Source: a virus. Taken from it: 60,341 bases of DNA. The stretch lies in the IMG/VR virus record IMGVR_UViG_3300045391_002463; one strand, given 5' to 3'. Below the pieces are notes generated by a model. It made no database searches. It had not been told where the DNA came from and saw nothing but the letters and a program-made list of their open reading frames with translations. The translations under genes and the position numbers were made by a program. Of the stretch, positions 32,711-41,820 are shown in pieces; positions within the stretch are counted from its first letter, which is position 1; every line of letters begins with the position of its first letter.

Positions 32711-33279
32711 CAGGCCCAACTCCAGTTCGCCGCCGGGGAGCCGGGCTGCGCGCCGTTGAGGATCGGCGACAGCAGATCGTGCACGATGCCATAGGAGGTC
32801 TTCGGCGCAGTCTCGCCGGCGTCGAAATAGTCAGTCGTCTCCTCGATCGGGCCGACCTTCTCCGTCTTCGACTTAACCCGGGCGCCGGCGTCGATGTCGG
32901 TGGCCAGCGGCGCAGTCAACGCGCGGGCGGACAACTCCGCCTCGGCCGCGATCAGCTGGGGAGGAAGGTCGGGCAGCGTCACGCCGTTGATGTCGGTGAG
33001 CGGTTGGACCTGGCCGCAAATCGTAGGGCCGACGCGCGGCCATTCCCGGCCTTGGACGTAATCCTTGCGTGCGCCGCGGTAGTAAGCGCCCCAGGTCGCA
33101 TCCAGGTAGGCCGTGGCCTCGCGTGCGGCGCCGTTCTTGTTCTCTTCGTCCTCTTCGGCGGCCCAGACGGCGGATAGCGGATTGTTCGGGCGCGCGGCCC
33201 AATAGGCATCGATCGCCGTCAGCGCGGCATAGCTGTCGGCGCCGGCCACCCCGGTCCCGTCTTCGACCACCAAGGGCAT
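32710..33279 (-). CDS. head-tail connector (gp6 / DnaT-like N-terminal domain)
   Basis: 189 aa. GADSYAALTAIDAYWAAR is typical of this connector family. Confidence 0.55.
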   Translation of the reverse strand: MPLVVEDGTGVAGADSYAALTAIDAYWAARPNNPLSAVWAAEEDEENKNGAAREATAYLDATWGAYYRGARKDYVQGREWPRVGPTICGQVQPLTDINGVTLPDLPPQLIAAEAELSARALTAPLATDIDAGARVKSKTEKVGPIEETTDYFDAGETAPKTSYGIVHDLLSPILNGAQPGSPAANWSWA

Positions 33280-33283
33280 CGGA

Positions 33284-34108
33284 TCAGTCGCCGGCGCGCT
33301 TGGCGACCTCGGCGCGGATCACGTCCACGGCCTCGGCCTTGTTCTGCGCCTGGACGCCCAGCGCCTTCGCGATGGCGATCAGCTTGACGTGGTGCAGGCC
33401 TTCCCAGTCGGTGGGAATTTCGACCCTGCCGTCGATCTGCACAGGCTGGCCGACCTCGGGCGACGCGCCCGCGTCCTTATTTTCCGCCAGTAGGATCGAC
33501 GACGGGTCGATCTCCTGGGCGGCCAGAGCAGGGTCGGCCCGCAGGACCTCCAGCGCCTTGGCCAGATGCGCCTCGCGGTCGCCTTCGCTCAGGGCGTTCC
33601 AGGTCTCGGTCGAGTGCCCGCTCATGCGGGCGGCTGCAACGACCAGGCCGCCCAGCTGGACCTGCCGGCCGCCGACGTCGATGATCGCGGGCAGCACAGA
33701 TGAGCCATGGAGGAAGTCGACGGGAGCATCGGTGGCATCGATCCCGCGCATCTGCGCGACGGCAGCCCGCAGGTCTTCCAAGCTCGGGCTCTGATCGTCC
33801 TCGTCCTCGTCCGGCTGCGCTGCGTATCGCTCGGCATGTTCGAACTCGGCCAGCAGCCTCTCGTCGCTCAATCGCTCGAAGTGGCGCCGGCCGAGTTCCA
33901 GGATCTTGTCGATCATCGAGGCGCGACGGCCGGCCGACAGCAGCGGCAAGCCGTGCTCTGCGCCGTCGATGAAGCCCTCGGCGGACAGGCCGGCGGCCAG
34001 GTCGTCGCGGACCTCGACATGATCCTCGGGATCGTCGCTCGGACGCAGGATGACCGTGTGGCGGCCATTTTCGCTGTACGGGAACTGCTTCAGCACGCGG
34101 ACGCGCAT
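33284..34108 (-). CDS. hypothetical protein with a HeH-like C-terminus
   Basis: 274-aa track ORF. The C-terminal HHVKLIAIAKALGV...AVDVIRAEV resembles a Rho-N/HeH motif. Confidence 0.45.
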   Translation of the reverse strand: MRVRVLKQFPYSENGRHTVILRPSDDPEDHVEVRDDLAAGLSAEGFIDGAEHGLPLLSAGRRASMIDKILELGRRHFERLSDERLLAEFEHAERYAAQPDEDEDDQSPSLEDLRAAVAQMRGIDATDAPVDFLHGSSVLPAIIDVGGRQVQLGGLVVAAARMSGHSTETWNALSEGDREAHLAKALEVLRADPALAAQEIDPSSILLAENKDAGASPEVGQPVQIDGRVEIPTDWEGLHHVKLIAIAKALGVQAQNKAEAVDVIRAEVAKRAGD

Positions 34109-34174
34109 GGCCTTCTCCAGGCTGGTCTATGAAGGTGGTGGGCGGCAAGAACCCGGCCGCCCAGCGGGGCCGGA

Positions 34175-34606
34175 TCAGGTCGGCGGGTTGGCGGTCGGCT
34201 TGTTGCGCGGGTGGCCAAGGATCGCCACGCCGGCGAGGAACAGGTTGCCGGTGTTGTTGGCGGGGGTAACGGTGACGCGCAGGTACCGCTTGGAGCCGAC
34301 GTAGCCGATCTTGCGGCAGACGTTGTCGCCGGAGAAGTCGAAGCTGGCGGCGTTCTCGGTGCCGAGCAGGTACTTGTCGTCCACGGCGGCATGGTCTGAC
34401 ATGTTGGACGCGGCGCCGTCTTCCACCAGGACGGTGAAGGTGGCGTCGGCGTCGCTCTCGGTGCCGGTCACGAGGACCAGTTCGCAGCTCTCGAAGCCGT
34501 TCAGGTCGATGGTGGACGACACCTGAGCGGTGTTGTCGGTGACCGCCGCGATGGGCGGGAAGAGCACCTTCGGGTTGATGTTGTTGTGCAGGTCGCGGGA
34601 CGCCAT
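34175..34606 (-). CDS. capsid-associated structural protein (putative decoration)
   Basis: 143-aa track ORF immediately downstream of the major capsid gene. Confidence 0.45.
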   Translation of the reverse strand: MASRDLHNNINPKVLFPPIAAVTDNTAQVSSTIDLNGFESCELVLVTGTESDADATFTVLVEDGAASNMSDHAAVDDKYLLGTENAASFDFSGDNVCRKIGYVGSKRYLRVTVTPANNTGNLFLAGVAILGHPRNKPTANPPT

Positions 34607-34682
34607 GGCGGCGGTCTCCTTTCGCGATTGGGTCTGAGGGGCGGGCCGTCGAGAGGAGGTCGCAAGCCTCGGAAGAAGGCGA

Positions 34683-34711
34683 GACCGCCAGCAGGCCCTT
34701 AGCCGGCGGTC
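34683..34711 (-). terminator. hairpin after the major capsid gene (weak terminator)
   Basis: 7-bp stem GACCGCC / GGCGGTC with a 15-nt loop, about 25 nt downstream of the capsid stop. The following sequence on the minus strand is only weakly T-rich. Confidence 0.35.
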
Positions 34712-34735
34712 GCGTTGTCGCTGTGTCTGCCTAGA

Positions 34736-36112
34736 TCAGGTCGAGCAGGTCAGCTTGCGGATGGCCTCCGCCAGCACGACCTGGCCGCCGACGCGGCGAC
34801 GGAAGCGGAAGCGGATGAGCCCGCTGTCGGCCTGGGTGAACGGGTCGCGCAGCAGCTGCATCGCCACCCGGTCGAGCATGGTGTAGGCGCGCAGGAAGTC
34901 GCCGTAGGCGATCGGCGTGGCGCCGGCCGCTTCGTTGGGCATGTCCGGCATCTCGACGTAGGGATCTCCGTCGATGGTGTTCGGCTTGCCCAAGGCGATG
35001 CCCGGCATCCAGATGTACTGGTTCTGGCCGTCCTTCAGGCGCCGCACCGAACCGAGCGTGGTCCGGTTCATGGCCCAGGTGGCATTGCGGGAGTAGGCCG
35101 ACTTGATGCCGTGCTTGAGCAGGATCAGGCCGTCCGCCTGGCCGTTGGCGTCCTTGATCGAGGTCGCCGAGCCGGAGTTGGTGCTGGCCACGTCACCGTT
35201 GACGAGGATGCCCTCCATCTCGCCCTTGGAGATCACGCCGTTGACGAACTCGTAGCCCTCGCGGACCGCGAATTGCTCGGTGGCCTCCATGTTGATCTCG
35301 GTTTCGAGGTCGAAGGCCGAGTCCTCGAGGTTCTGCTCCGAGATGTCGACGATGGCGTACATTTCCGGCGCCGTGATCTCGACCATGCCCCAGGCGAGGC
35401 CGGTCGTCTCGGTGCGGGTGTCCGTCTCGCCGGTGCGGCGGGCGGCGAACTGGCCGGTCCGCTTGGGGATCTGGACCGACTTGTTGGCCGTAGTGCGCAG
35501 GCGCGCCAGGCTGCGGGCCGGGCTGATCTCGGTCACGCCCTTGATGATGTCGGCCACGAACTCGGCCGGCGCCAGATAGCCGCCCGTGGTGTCGTTGGAG
35601 ATCGACAGTGCCTTGAGCTCGCGCTCCACCGTCTCGAAGGCCTTCTTCTGGTCTTCGGTCAGGTTGCCCGGCCCCTGGACGTAATTGGCGATCACGCCGC
35701 GCGCCCAGTTGTTCACCAAAGCCTTCTGCTCGGCGCGGCGGGTGGCCGGATCGGCGACCGGGCCAGCCCCGCGGCGCAGGGTGGTCTGCAGGGCTTCCAG
35801 CTGGGTCTTCAGCTCGGCCACCTGATCGTTGGCGGCCTTCGCCTGCTGTTCGGACTGGGTCAGCTTCTGATTCAGGCCTTCGTACTTGGCGAGCTCGGTC
35901 TCGACCTTCTGCAGCTTGGCCTCGGTCGTGGGATCGACGGCGCCTTTCTGCTCGATCTGCTTCAGGCGCTCGTCGTTGGCAGCCTTGAATTCCTCGAAGG
36001 CGGTCATGACGGGGGTGACGGCCTTCTTCACCTCGGCGGCGAGGTTCGGCGCGTCCTCCTTGCGTTCCAGGCCGCGCGCGGAGGCGCCGGCCATCAAGGC
36101 GGTCTTGGACAT
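34736..36112 (-). CDS. major capsid protein, HK97 fold
   Basis: 458 aa. An N-terminal coiled-coil delta-like region is followed by the capsid body. The gene follows the prohead protease. Confidence 0.9.
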   Translation of the reverse strand: MSKTALMAGASARGLERKEDAPNLAAEVKKAVTPVMTAFEEFKAANDERLKQIEQKGAVDPTTEAKLQKVETELAKYEGLNQKLTQSEQQAKAANDQVAELKTQLEALQTTLRRGAGPVADPATRRAEQKALVNNWARGVIANYVQGPGNLTEDQKKAFETVERELKALSISNDTTGGYLAPAEFVADIIKGVTEISPARSLARLRTTANKSVQIPKRTGQFAARRTGETDTRTETTGLAWGMVEITAPEMYAIVDISEQNLEDSAFDLETEINMEATEQFAVREGYEFVNGVISKGEMEGILVNGDVASTNSGSATSIKDANGQADGLILLKHGIKSAYSRNATWAMNRTTLGSVRRLKDGQNQYIWMPGIALGKPNTIDGDPYVEMPDMPNEAAGATPIAYGDFLRAYTMLDRVAMQLLRDPFTQADSGLIRFRFRRRVGGQVVLAEAIRKLTCST

Positions 36113-36162
36113 GGTGTGGCCCCTCCTTGGGGCGAGATGACGAGGTGGGTTGGACGAGGCCG

Positions 36163-36882
36163 TCAGGCGCGGATGCGCTGGGCGAACTCTTGGAAGACGG
36201 CGTTGACGGCCGCCATGTCGTCCGGAGACACCTCGTCACGAGGCGGCGCGCCCGGGGCCCCAGCATCGCGCTGGAGCCAGGTCTTGAACCCTGAGACAGC
36301 CTTCACGGCGTCCGCACGCGACAGCCCTCCGTCACGGAGGTGGGTTTCGAGGTCGCGAACATCACCGGGCGAAAGGGACAGGCCCTTCACGCCGCTGATG
36401 GTGGCCTTGTCGTTCATCGGGAAGGTGACGATTGACCCTTCCATCAGATCGACTTCGATCAGGCGGCGAGTGCCGTTCACCCGATCGTATTCGTCCTTGA
36501 TGGTGCGGAAGCCGATGGACAGCGCGTCCAGGGCCTTCACCCGCATCAGCTCATAGGTCTCCTTGCCGTCCTGGATCGCCAGCAGCAGGCGGCCCGTGGC
36601 CTTGAGGCCCTTGCTGTCCTCCTGCAGGTCGAGCCAGGTCCCGCACAGCCGGCGGGTGTCGTGGTGCAGCAGCTGCTTCACCTTGGAGGCCGGGCGCTTG
36701 ATCAGGCTGTTCTTGAACGCGCCCGGCATGACGATGTCGTTGCCGTTGTCGGTGTTGCCGAAGGTGCTCAGGTAGCCCTCGAACTCACCCTCGGCCGACA
36801 GATCCTTGAGCTCGAAGTCGAGCTGAAAGGGCGCGCCGAACTCGCCCTTAAAGGCGCCGTCCTTACGCTCACGGCTGTGCAT
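36163..36882 (-). CDS. HK97-family prohead protease
   Basis: Start at ATG 36882 with CAGGAGAA upstream. GYLSTFGNTDNGNDIVMPGAF and ALSIGF are typical of the family. It lies inside track ORF 36163..37107. Confidence 0.85.
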   Translation of the reverse strand: MHSRERKDGAFKGEFGAPFQLDFELKDLSAEGEFEGYLSTFGNTDNGNDIVMPGAFKNSLIKRPASKVKQLLHHDTRRLCGTWLDLQEDSKGLKATGRLLLAIQDGKETYELMRVKALDALSIGFRTIKDEYDRVNGTRRLIEVDLMEGSIVTFPMNDKATISGVKGLSLSPGDVRDLETHLRDGGLSRADAVKAVSGFKTWLQRDAGAPGAPPRDEVSPDDMAAVNAVFQEFAQRIRA

Positions 36883-38353
36883 TGTCGGGGTTCTCCTGAC
36901 CGGGCCCGGGCTTGAACCCGATAGCGCCTGGCGTGTGGGCGGCGAGGATGTCCTCCTCGTTGAGAGCGCCGCTGTCGAAGGCGGATTGGAAGTCGGCCAG
37001 CGTGTCGGCCTGGTCGAGCAAGCCGACCGACTTGAGGTACAGGAACAGCGGCTCGTAGACGCCGGCCTGAGCGGTCTGCAACAGGGCGACCAAGACAGGC
37101 CCGTCACCGCGGTTCATCTTCAGGGCGCCGGCGGGGCGCGGCCCATACTGCAGCGCCTCTCTGCCCTCGTCGGTGTCGAGCAGACCCTTATCCACCATGG
37201 CGATGATCGAGGCGCGCTTGGCCTCGCGCCGAGGTTCGAGCGCCGGGATCTCGTCCAGGTCCACGCCAAGGTTCAAGCCATCGCCGAACTGCGGACAGAG
37301 CCAGGCGTCCAGCGCGTCGGTCACCTTGTCGATCAGGGGAAGGACTGTGTCCTCCCACAGCTCGAGCTTGGCCTCCCGGACGTTGTTGTACGTGGACTGG
37401 CCGGGCACGACGAGGATGTGCGGCACGCCATAGCTCAGGCAGATATCGCGGGCGGCGTCGTCCTTGCCCTTGGCGAAGTCCATGTCCTTGGGGTTGATCC
37501 CCATCTCCAGCCAGTCGACCAGGCCGCCGAAGACGTGGGGCTTGCCGGCGTTGCGCGGGCCGGTGTGGCCGTCGACGAGCGCCTTCTTGGCGGCGTCGAT
37601 GACCCCCTGCGGAGCCGTCGTCATCGATCCGTCGGTGTTCTTGACCGGCTGAAAGACCAAGGCGCCTGACGGACGGGCGCCGTTGTCGAGGAGAGCCTTG
37701 TTGTGGGCCGACGACGCGTTGTGACGGTCCACGCCATAGCCCGCCGGTTCGGTGCGGGCGAGGCCGTACCAGTCGTTGAGTGGGTGGAACTCCTTGACGT
37801 GCAGGATGGGCCCGACGCCGGTGATCGGGTCGACCTTCCATTCGCGGATCAAGCCGTTTGCGTCGTAGCGGTAGCCCTGGGGCAAGCCATATTCGCCGGG
37901 GATGACCTTCATGCGGTCAGGCCGCGGCGCCCATAGTTCCTTCGGCGGCGCAGTGTCGCTGGGACCGACGCCCTCCAGGTAGCCGTTCCCCTCGAGCATA
38001 AGGTACGAGTAGAAGGCCTCAAACAGGCTGCATCCGCCGATCATAGGCCCGGGCCGCTTCAGCAACGTCAGCAGCTGATGATCGTCGATCACCGCGCCGC
38101 CCCTGCCCTTTAGGAGCCACGGCGCCGACGCGGCCGCGGTGGCGATCAGCTTCACACACCGATAGGCTACGGCGTTCTGGACGTAGGCCTCGCGCGACAG
38201 GTGCGCATAGTTCCGAGGCGTCCAAACCGGCTGGCCGACGTAGCCGGCCGCAATGATGGGGCCAGTGACCGAGGCCTTCTCTTCCCGGTAGGGCTCGCTA
38301 CCGGTCTCGACCGGCGATGGGCCCCAGGAGAACGGGTTCCACCAACGCATCAT
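36869..38353 (-). CDS. portal protein
   Basis: Start at ATG 38353 (MMRWWNPFSW) inside track ORF 36869..38497. Size and position fit between the terminase and the protease. Confidence 0.85.
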   Translation of the reverse strand: MMRWWNPFSWGPSPVETGSEPYREEKASVTGPIIAAGYVGQPVWTPRNYAHLSREAYVQNAVAYRCVKLIATAAASAPWLLKGRGGAVIDDHQLLTLLKRPGPMIGGCSLFEAFYSYLMLEGNGYLEGVGPSDTAPPKELWAPRPDRMKVIPGEYGLPQGYRYDANGLIREWKVDPITGVGPILHVKEFHPLNDWYGLARTEPAGYGVDRHNASSAHNKALLDNGARPSGALVFQPVKNTDGSMTTAPQGVIDAAKKALVDGHTGPRNAGKPHVFGGLVDWLEMGINPKDMDFAKGKDDAARDICLSYGVPHILVVPGQSTYNNVREAKLELWEDTVLPLIDKVTDALDAWLCPQFGDGLNLGVDLDEIPALEPRREAKRASIIAMVDKGLLDTDEGREALQYGPRPAGALKMNRGDGPVLVALLQTAQAGVYEPLFLYLKSVGLLDQADTLADFQSAFDSGALNEEDILAAHTPGAIGFKPGPGQENPDNAQP

Positions 38354-38445
38354 TCCGGCACCTCGCCCATCATCAGCATCATGGGCTGCGGGGGCATGCC
38401 GAGGATGCAGACGCGGGTGGCGTCCGTGATGCGGCCGATCTCCAT
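38350..38445 (-). CDS. possible 31-aa ORF in the terminase-portal gap
   Basis: GGAGA plus ATG 38445 (MEIGRITDATRVCILG...). Its stop overlaps the portal start. Confidence 0.25.
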   Translation of the reverse strand: MEIGRITDATRVCILGMPPQPMMLMMGEVPE

Positions 38446-38633
38446 CACGGTCTCCGGTTGTGGCTTCGGGGCGAGCAGGCAAGTGCGCGGGCTTCAAGAC
38501 CTTCGACGCTAGGAATGCTTGCCCCGAAGGGCGAGAGCCTCAGCACGTCGGCGATACGATCAGGTCGGGCATCGACAGCGGCGCCCGCGGTCCGCTGTTG
38601 GAGAAGCCGAGGCTCCCTGTAGGTATTAGCGGA

Positions 38634-40235
38634 TCACGCGGCGTCGCCGCTGATCTCTTGGCCGTTCACGTTCCAGACGAAGCCCGGAGCTGCGGTGGCG
38701 AGTTCGTTGAAGGCGTCGGCGGCGGCGTCGACCTGGTCGTCATTGGCGCCGTTCGGGAACACGGCCAGTTCGTCGAGGAAGTCCTCGATCCACGCATCCT
38801 TCACCGGGTCGCCGGTCTCTAGGAGGAAGACGTTGCCGGCCTCGGCCTGCACGGCCAACGCCTTGGCGCGGACTTCCTTGGACCCCGTCACCGGCTCATA
38901 CTTCACGGCATGGCCGGCCAGCTTCAGGACCAACGTCCGAACGTAGGCCTTGCCCGCAGCCCCAGGATCCTGCGGGATGCGGATCGTCACGGCGTTCGGG
39001 TGAAGCGTTCTGTCGCTCGCGGCGACCGACTTGACCTCGTCCTCTACGCCGGCCGGGGACCAGCGGCCGCGGTGACCGTTCGTGATGTAGAAGGCACCGT
39101 CCAGGCCATCCCGGGTGATCTTCACGCCCGCGGTGTAGTCGGCCGTCGCATCCTCGCTGGCGGCGAAGTCCCAGCCTCTGACGTAGCGCTTGCAGCCGAC
39201 CGGCAACGCGCCCACCCGCTTGAACCACGCCTTCTGGAACATGCCGCCTGACCGCGGCGCCGGGCGCTGCTGGTACTGGCCGGCCCAGGCGTACGAGCCC
39301 TTGGCCTTCTTGAGCGCCACAACGGCGGCGGCTGGGAAGCGCTCCGGGAAGAGCAATTCCCCCGCGGTCGTCCGCGGGTCCTCGAACAGGATCGCCGGGT
39401 TGCCGTCGTTGGCCGGCCGAAGGACCGTCTTGCACCGACGCGCCGGCTCGAACTCCATCGGAAGCTCGAGGTGGACGTAGCCGAGCTCCTTCGCGACCGC
39501 GGCGCAATCCTTCTCGTGCAGGCGCTGCATGATCAGAACGATGGCGTCCTCGACAGGGTCGTTCACCCGGTCGGAGATGGCCTCCCGCATGATCTTGACC
39601 GTCTTGGTCCGCTGGACCGGGCTCTCGGCGCCTTCAGTGTCGTGCGGATCGTCGATCTTAACGCGGTTGGCGCGACCGCCCGTCATCTTCGAGAAGGGTC
39701 GGGCCTCGCTGAAGCCGGACTTCTGGTTGATGAACTTGCGGACGCCGTTGGCGTCGTCTCGTAGGCCCAACGGCCAGAGTGCCTGGAACTTCTCGCTGGT
39801 GACCAGGTCACGAAGCTTGAGGTTGTCGCGGAAGACGTTCGGCTGGCTGTAGCTGGTGGCCAGCACCGACAGGTGAGGCAGACCCCTTGGCCCCCACTCC
39901 CACGCCGTCCATAACACCAGCACCAGCGACTTCATCATGCCTGGCGGCACCGTCATCAGCAGGCGCTTGATGTGCCCGTCGGTGACCGCCTCCAGGTGCG
40001 TGCACATAGCCTGCAGCGCCCAGCCGGTCTTGAACTGGGCGACGGGCTCCAGGACGTACCAGAACTCGCGGATGAAGCCGTGGAGCGTCTGGCAGTTGGC
40101 CAGGATCGCGTCGCGCTCTGTCTCCAGTCTCTTGGCTTCGCGTCGGCGGTGTTGCTCCCGCCTGAGTTCGATGTAGCGCTCAGCCTCTTCGCGGGTGACG
40201 TCCCGGCCATTTGGCAGTCGGAACGTGGCCGCCAT
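38634..40235 (-). CDS. terL: terminase large subunit
   Basis: 533 aa, with ATPase and nuclease halves (LMTVPPGMMKS, VKIDDPHD, GAGKAY... DDQVDA). Confidence 0.9.
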   Translation of the reverse strand: MAATFRLPNGRDVTREEAERYIELRREQHRRREAKRLETERDAILANCQTLHGFIREFWYVLEPVAQFKTGWALQAMCTHLEAVTDGHIKRLLMTVPPGMMKSLVLVLWTAWEWGPRGLPHLSVLATSYSQPNVFRDNLKLRDLVTSEKFQALWPLGLRDDANGVRKFINQKSGFSEARPFSKMTGGRANRVKIDDPHDTEGAESPVQRTKTVKIMREAISDRVNDPVEDAIVLIMQRLHEKDCAAVAKELGYVHLELPMEFEPARRCKTVLRPANDGNPAILFEDPRTTAGELLFPERFPAAAVVALKKAKGSYAWAGQYQQRPAPRSGGMFQKAWFKRVGALPVGCKRYVRGWDFAASEDATADYTAGVKITRDGLDGAFYITNGHRGRWSPAGVEDEVKSVAASDRTLHPNAVTIRIPQDPGAAGKAYVRTLVLKLAGHAVKYEPVTGSKEVRAKALAVQAEAGNVFLLETGDPVKDAWIEDFLDELAVFPNGANDDQVDAAADAFNELATAAPGFVWNVNGQEISGDAA

Positions 40236-40238
40236 CGA

Positions 40239-40709
40239 TTACTCCTCGCCGGTCGCGCCACCCATCTCGGCGAGCTCGGCGGCAATTTCCTCGTCGGTCA
40301 TGGCGCGGGTGCGCGAGGTCAGGTCGATCTTGGTGGTGGGCGCGGTCTTCGGCGACATGCGCGCCGTCGCCCACTTAATCGCATCCAGCGCCGTCCGCGC
40401 GCCCTGCGGGTCGATGGTGTGCTTCTCGCCGTCGATCTCGACCGCGACCCCGGTGGCCGCAGCCAGCCCGATCTCCAGGCCTCGCTCGGCGTGCACCTCG
40501 GCCCGCAATTCGCGCGCGCGGGCGTATTGTTGGCGTCGGCCGTCGTCCTCATCGAGCCAGGTGTGCGTCGACGGCGGGTCCAGGCCCAATTCCCGACACG
40601 CGGCTCGAAGCGACTTGCCCTCCGAGACCAGGAACATCAGGTCGGCTAGATCGTCGGCCGTGGGGCGGCGCTTTCCGTCCGGCGCCGCCGCGGTGTCATC
40701 GGCCGGCAT
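40239..40709 (-). CDS. terS: terminase small subunit
   Basis: 156 aa. The HTH is SLRAACRELGLDPPSTHTWL, and the gene lies directly upstream of terL. Confidence 0.7.
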   Translation of the reverse strand: MPADDTAAAPDGKRRPTADDLADLMFLVSEGKSLRAACRELGLDPPSTHTWLDEDDGRRQQYARARELRAEVHAERGLEIGLAAATGVAVEIDGEKHTIDPQGARTALDAIKWATARMSPKTAPTTKIDLTSRTRAMTDEEIAAELAEMGGATGEE

Positions 40710-40794
40710 AGCGGCTCCTTTTTCGTACTACGCGATGGTATTTTCGTCGCGTTTTCCGCTATTGTCGTTCTACTCAAAACGCGGAGGATTAACG
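40710..40794. promoter_or_regulatory. AT-rich divergent control region upstream of terS with TTTTCGT-type direct repeats
   Basis: TTTTTCGTACTAC at 40719-40731, TTTTCGTCGCG at 40741-40751 and TTGTCGTTCTAC at 40762-40773. This is locally the most AT-rich stretch. Confidence 0.4.
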
Positions 40795-41469
40795 ATGGAA
40801 GAGAGCAGCGTCTACGTGATCGAACGCGAGGATGGTCGGATCAAAATCGGCCATGCGGGCGACGCGCGGAAGCGACGAGAACGCCTACAGACATCCTCTG
40901 CTGAACGCCTAGCGCTTCGCTTCACGATGCGGTTTGATCGTCCCGGCGCAATGGCTGTCGAAGCCGCAGCTCATGCCAAGCTTCATTCATTCCGCCTAGC
41001 AGGGGAATGGTTCGCCGTTACGTCAGAAGTGGCCGTGGCCACCGTTCGCGAAGTGTCGAGCGGGCTTGGGTTGCAGGAGCGTCCAGAGCCCGAGTTGCCC
41101 GTCCGCCCCGTTGGCCGCCCACCATCCTCGGACCGCAAGGAAGTCGTCACCCTACGGCTGCGCCAGTCCACGCTCGACGCCTACAAGGCCAGGGGTGACG
41201 ACTGGCGAGCGCGAATGGAGGCCGCGATAGAGAAGGCGCTTGAGCCGGCCAAGCCCGACCCTGAAAACCCCGAATGGACCACGATCGATTTTGCCAAGGC
41301 TCAGGGTCCGGAAAGCCTACCGGCGCCGGTCCGAGCCGCATTCCCGAAGACGCGGGCCGAACCCACAAGAGCGACGATCCCGCCGATGGCAGCGCTGTCG
41401 AGCGTGCAGCTCGGGCCGTCCTCGACCGCGCCCGGCTCCCGCCTCAAGCAGCCGAAGGCCAAGCGCTGA
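40795..41469 (+). CDS. GIY-YIG/T5orf172-type domain fused to a BrnA-like ribbon-helix-helix segment
   Basis: Start at ATG 40795 with GGAGG upstream. VYVIEREDGRIKIGHAGD...GEWFAV is T5orf172-like and KEVVTLRLRQSTLDAYKARGDDWRARMEAAIEKAL is BrnA-like. It lies inside track ORF 40195..41469. Confidence 0.6.
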   Translation: MEESSVYVIEREDGRIKIGHAGDARKRRERLQTSSAERLALRFTMRFDRPGAMAVEAAAHAKLHSFRLAGEWFAVTSEVAVATVREVSSGLGLQERPEPELPVRPVGRPPSSDRKEVVTLRLRQSTLDAYKARGDDWRARMEAAIEKALEPAKPDPENPEWTTIDFAKAQGPESLPAPVRAAFPKTRAEPTRATIPPMAALSSVQLGPSSTAPGSRLKQPKAKR

Positions 41470-41625
41470 GCGACCGCCCCCGCCTTCCCCTAGCCCGACA
41501 AGGGCGGGCGCAGGCACCAGTCCCGCGGTTTCAGGGCGATGGCAGGGGCGGCGCTTGTGTGCTGCGACTCCGCAGCGGTTCTCCGTCGGCCTGACTGGTA
41601 TGCAGGGCGGAGATGGGAATGGGGC

Positions 41626-41690
41626 GGACGCCGGCGGCAGGACTCGAACCCGCGACCCAAGGCTCTACCGGCTGAGCTACGCCAGCGTCC
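41626..41690 (-). ncRNA. tRNA-like element lacking an anticodon arm
   Basis: The minus strand reads GGAC GCTGGCG TA GCTC AGCCGGTA GAGC CTTGGGTC GCGGG TTCGAGT CCTGC CGCCGGC GTCC. This gives acceptor, D and T arms with an 8-nt linker in place of the anticodon arm. The stem is extended by 4 bp and no CCA is encoded. Confidence 0.55.
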
Positions 41691-41785
41691 TATGCACGCA
41701 TCCGCCGCGTGCTGGCCTACTAGGGCGGCTCCAGCGGAGGGCTACCCGACCCCGCCTTCATCGCCTCCCGTTCGCTCGGGATCTT

Positions 41786-41820
41786 GAAATGGAAACGCCC
41801 CGGCGGTGAGGCTCGGGGCG
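41786..41820 (-). terminator. rho-independent terminator after the 322-aa gene
   Basis: 7-bp stem CGCCCCG / CGGGGCG with an 11-nt loop, followed on the minus strand by TTTCCATTTC. Confidence 0.55.

Noticed and set aside
41476-41510. A hairpin after the GIY-YIG gene as a terminator
   Set aside because: It has only a 6-bp stem with an 18-nt loop and no T-run.
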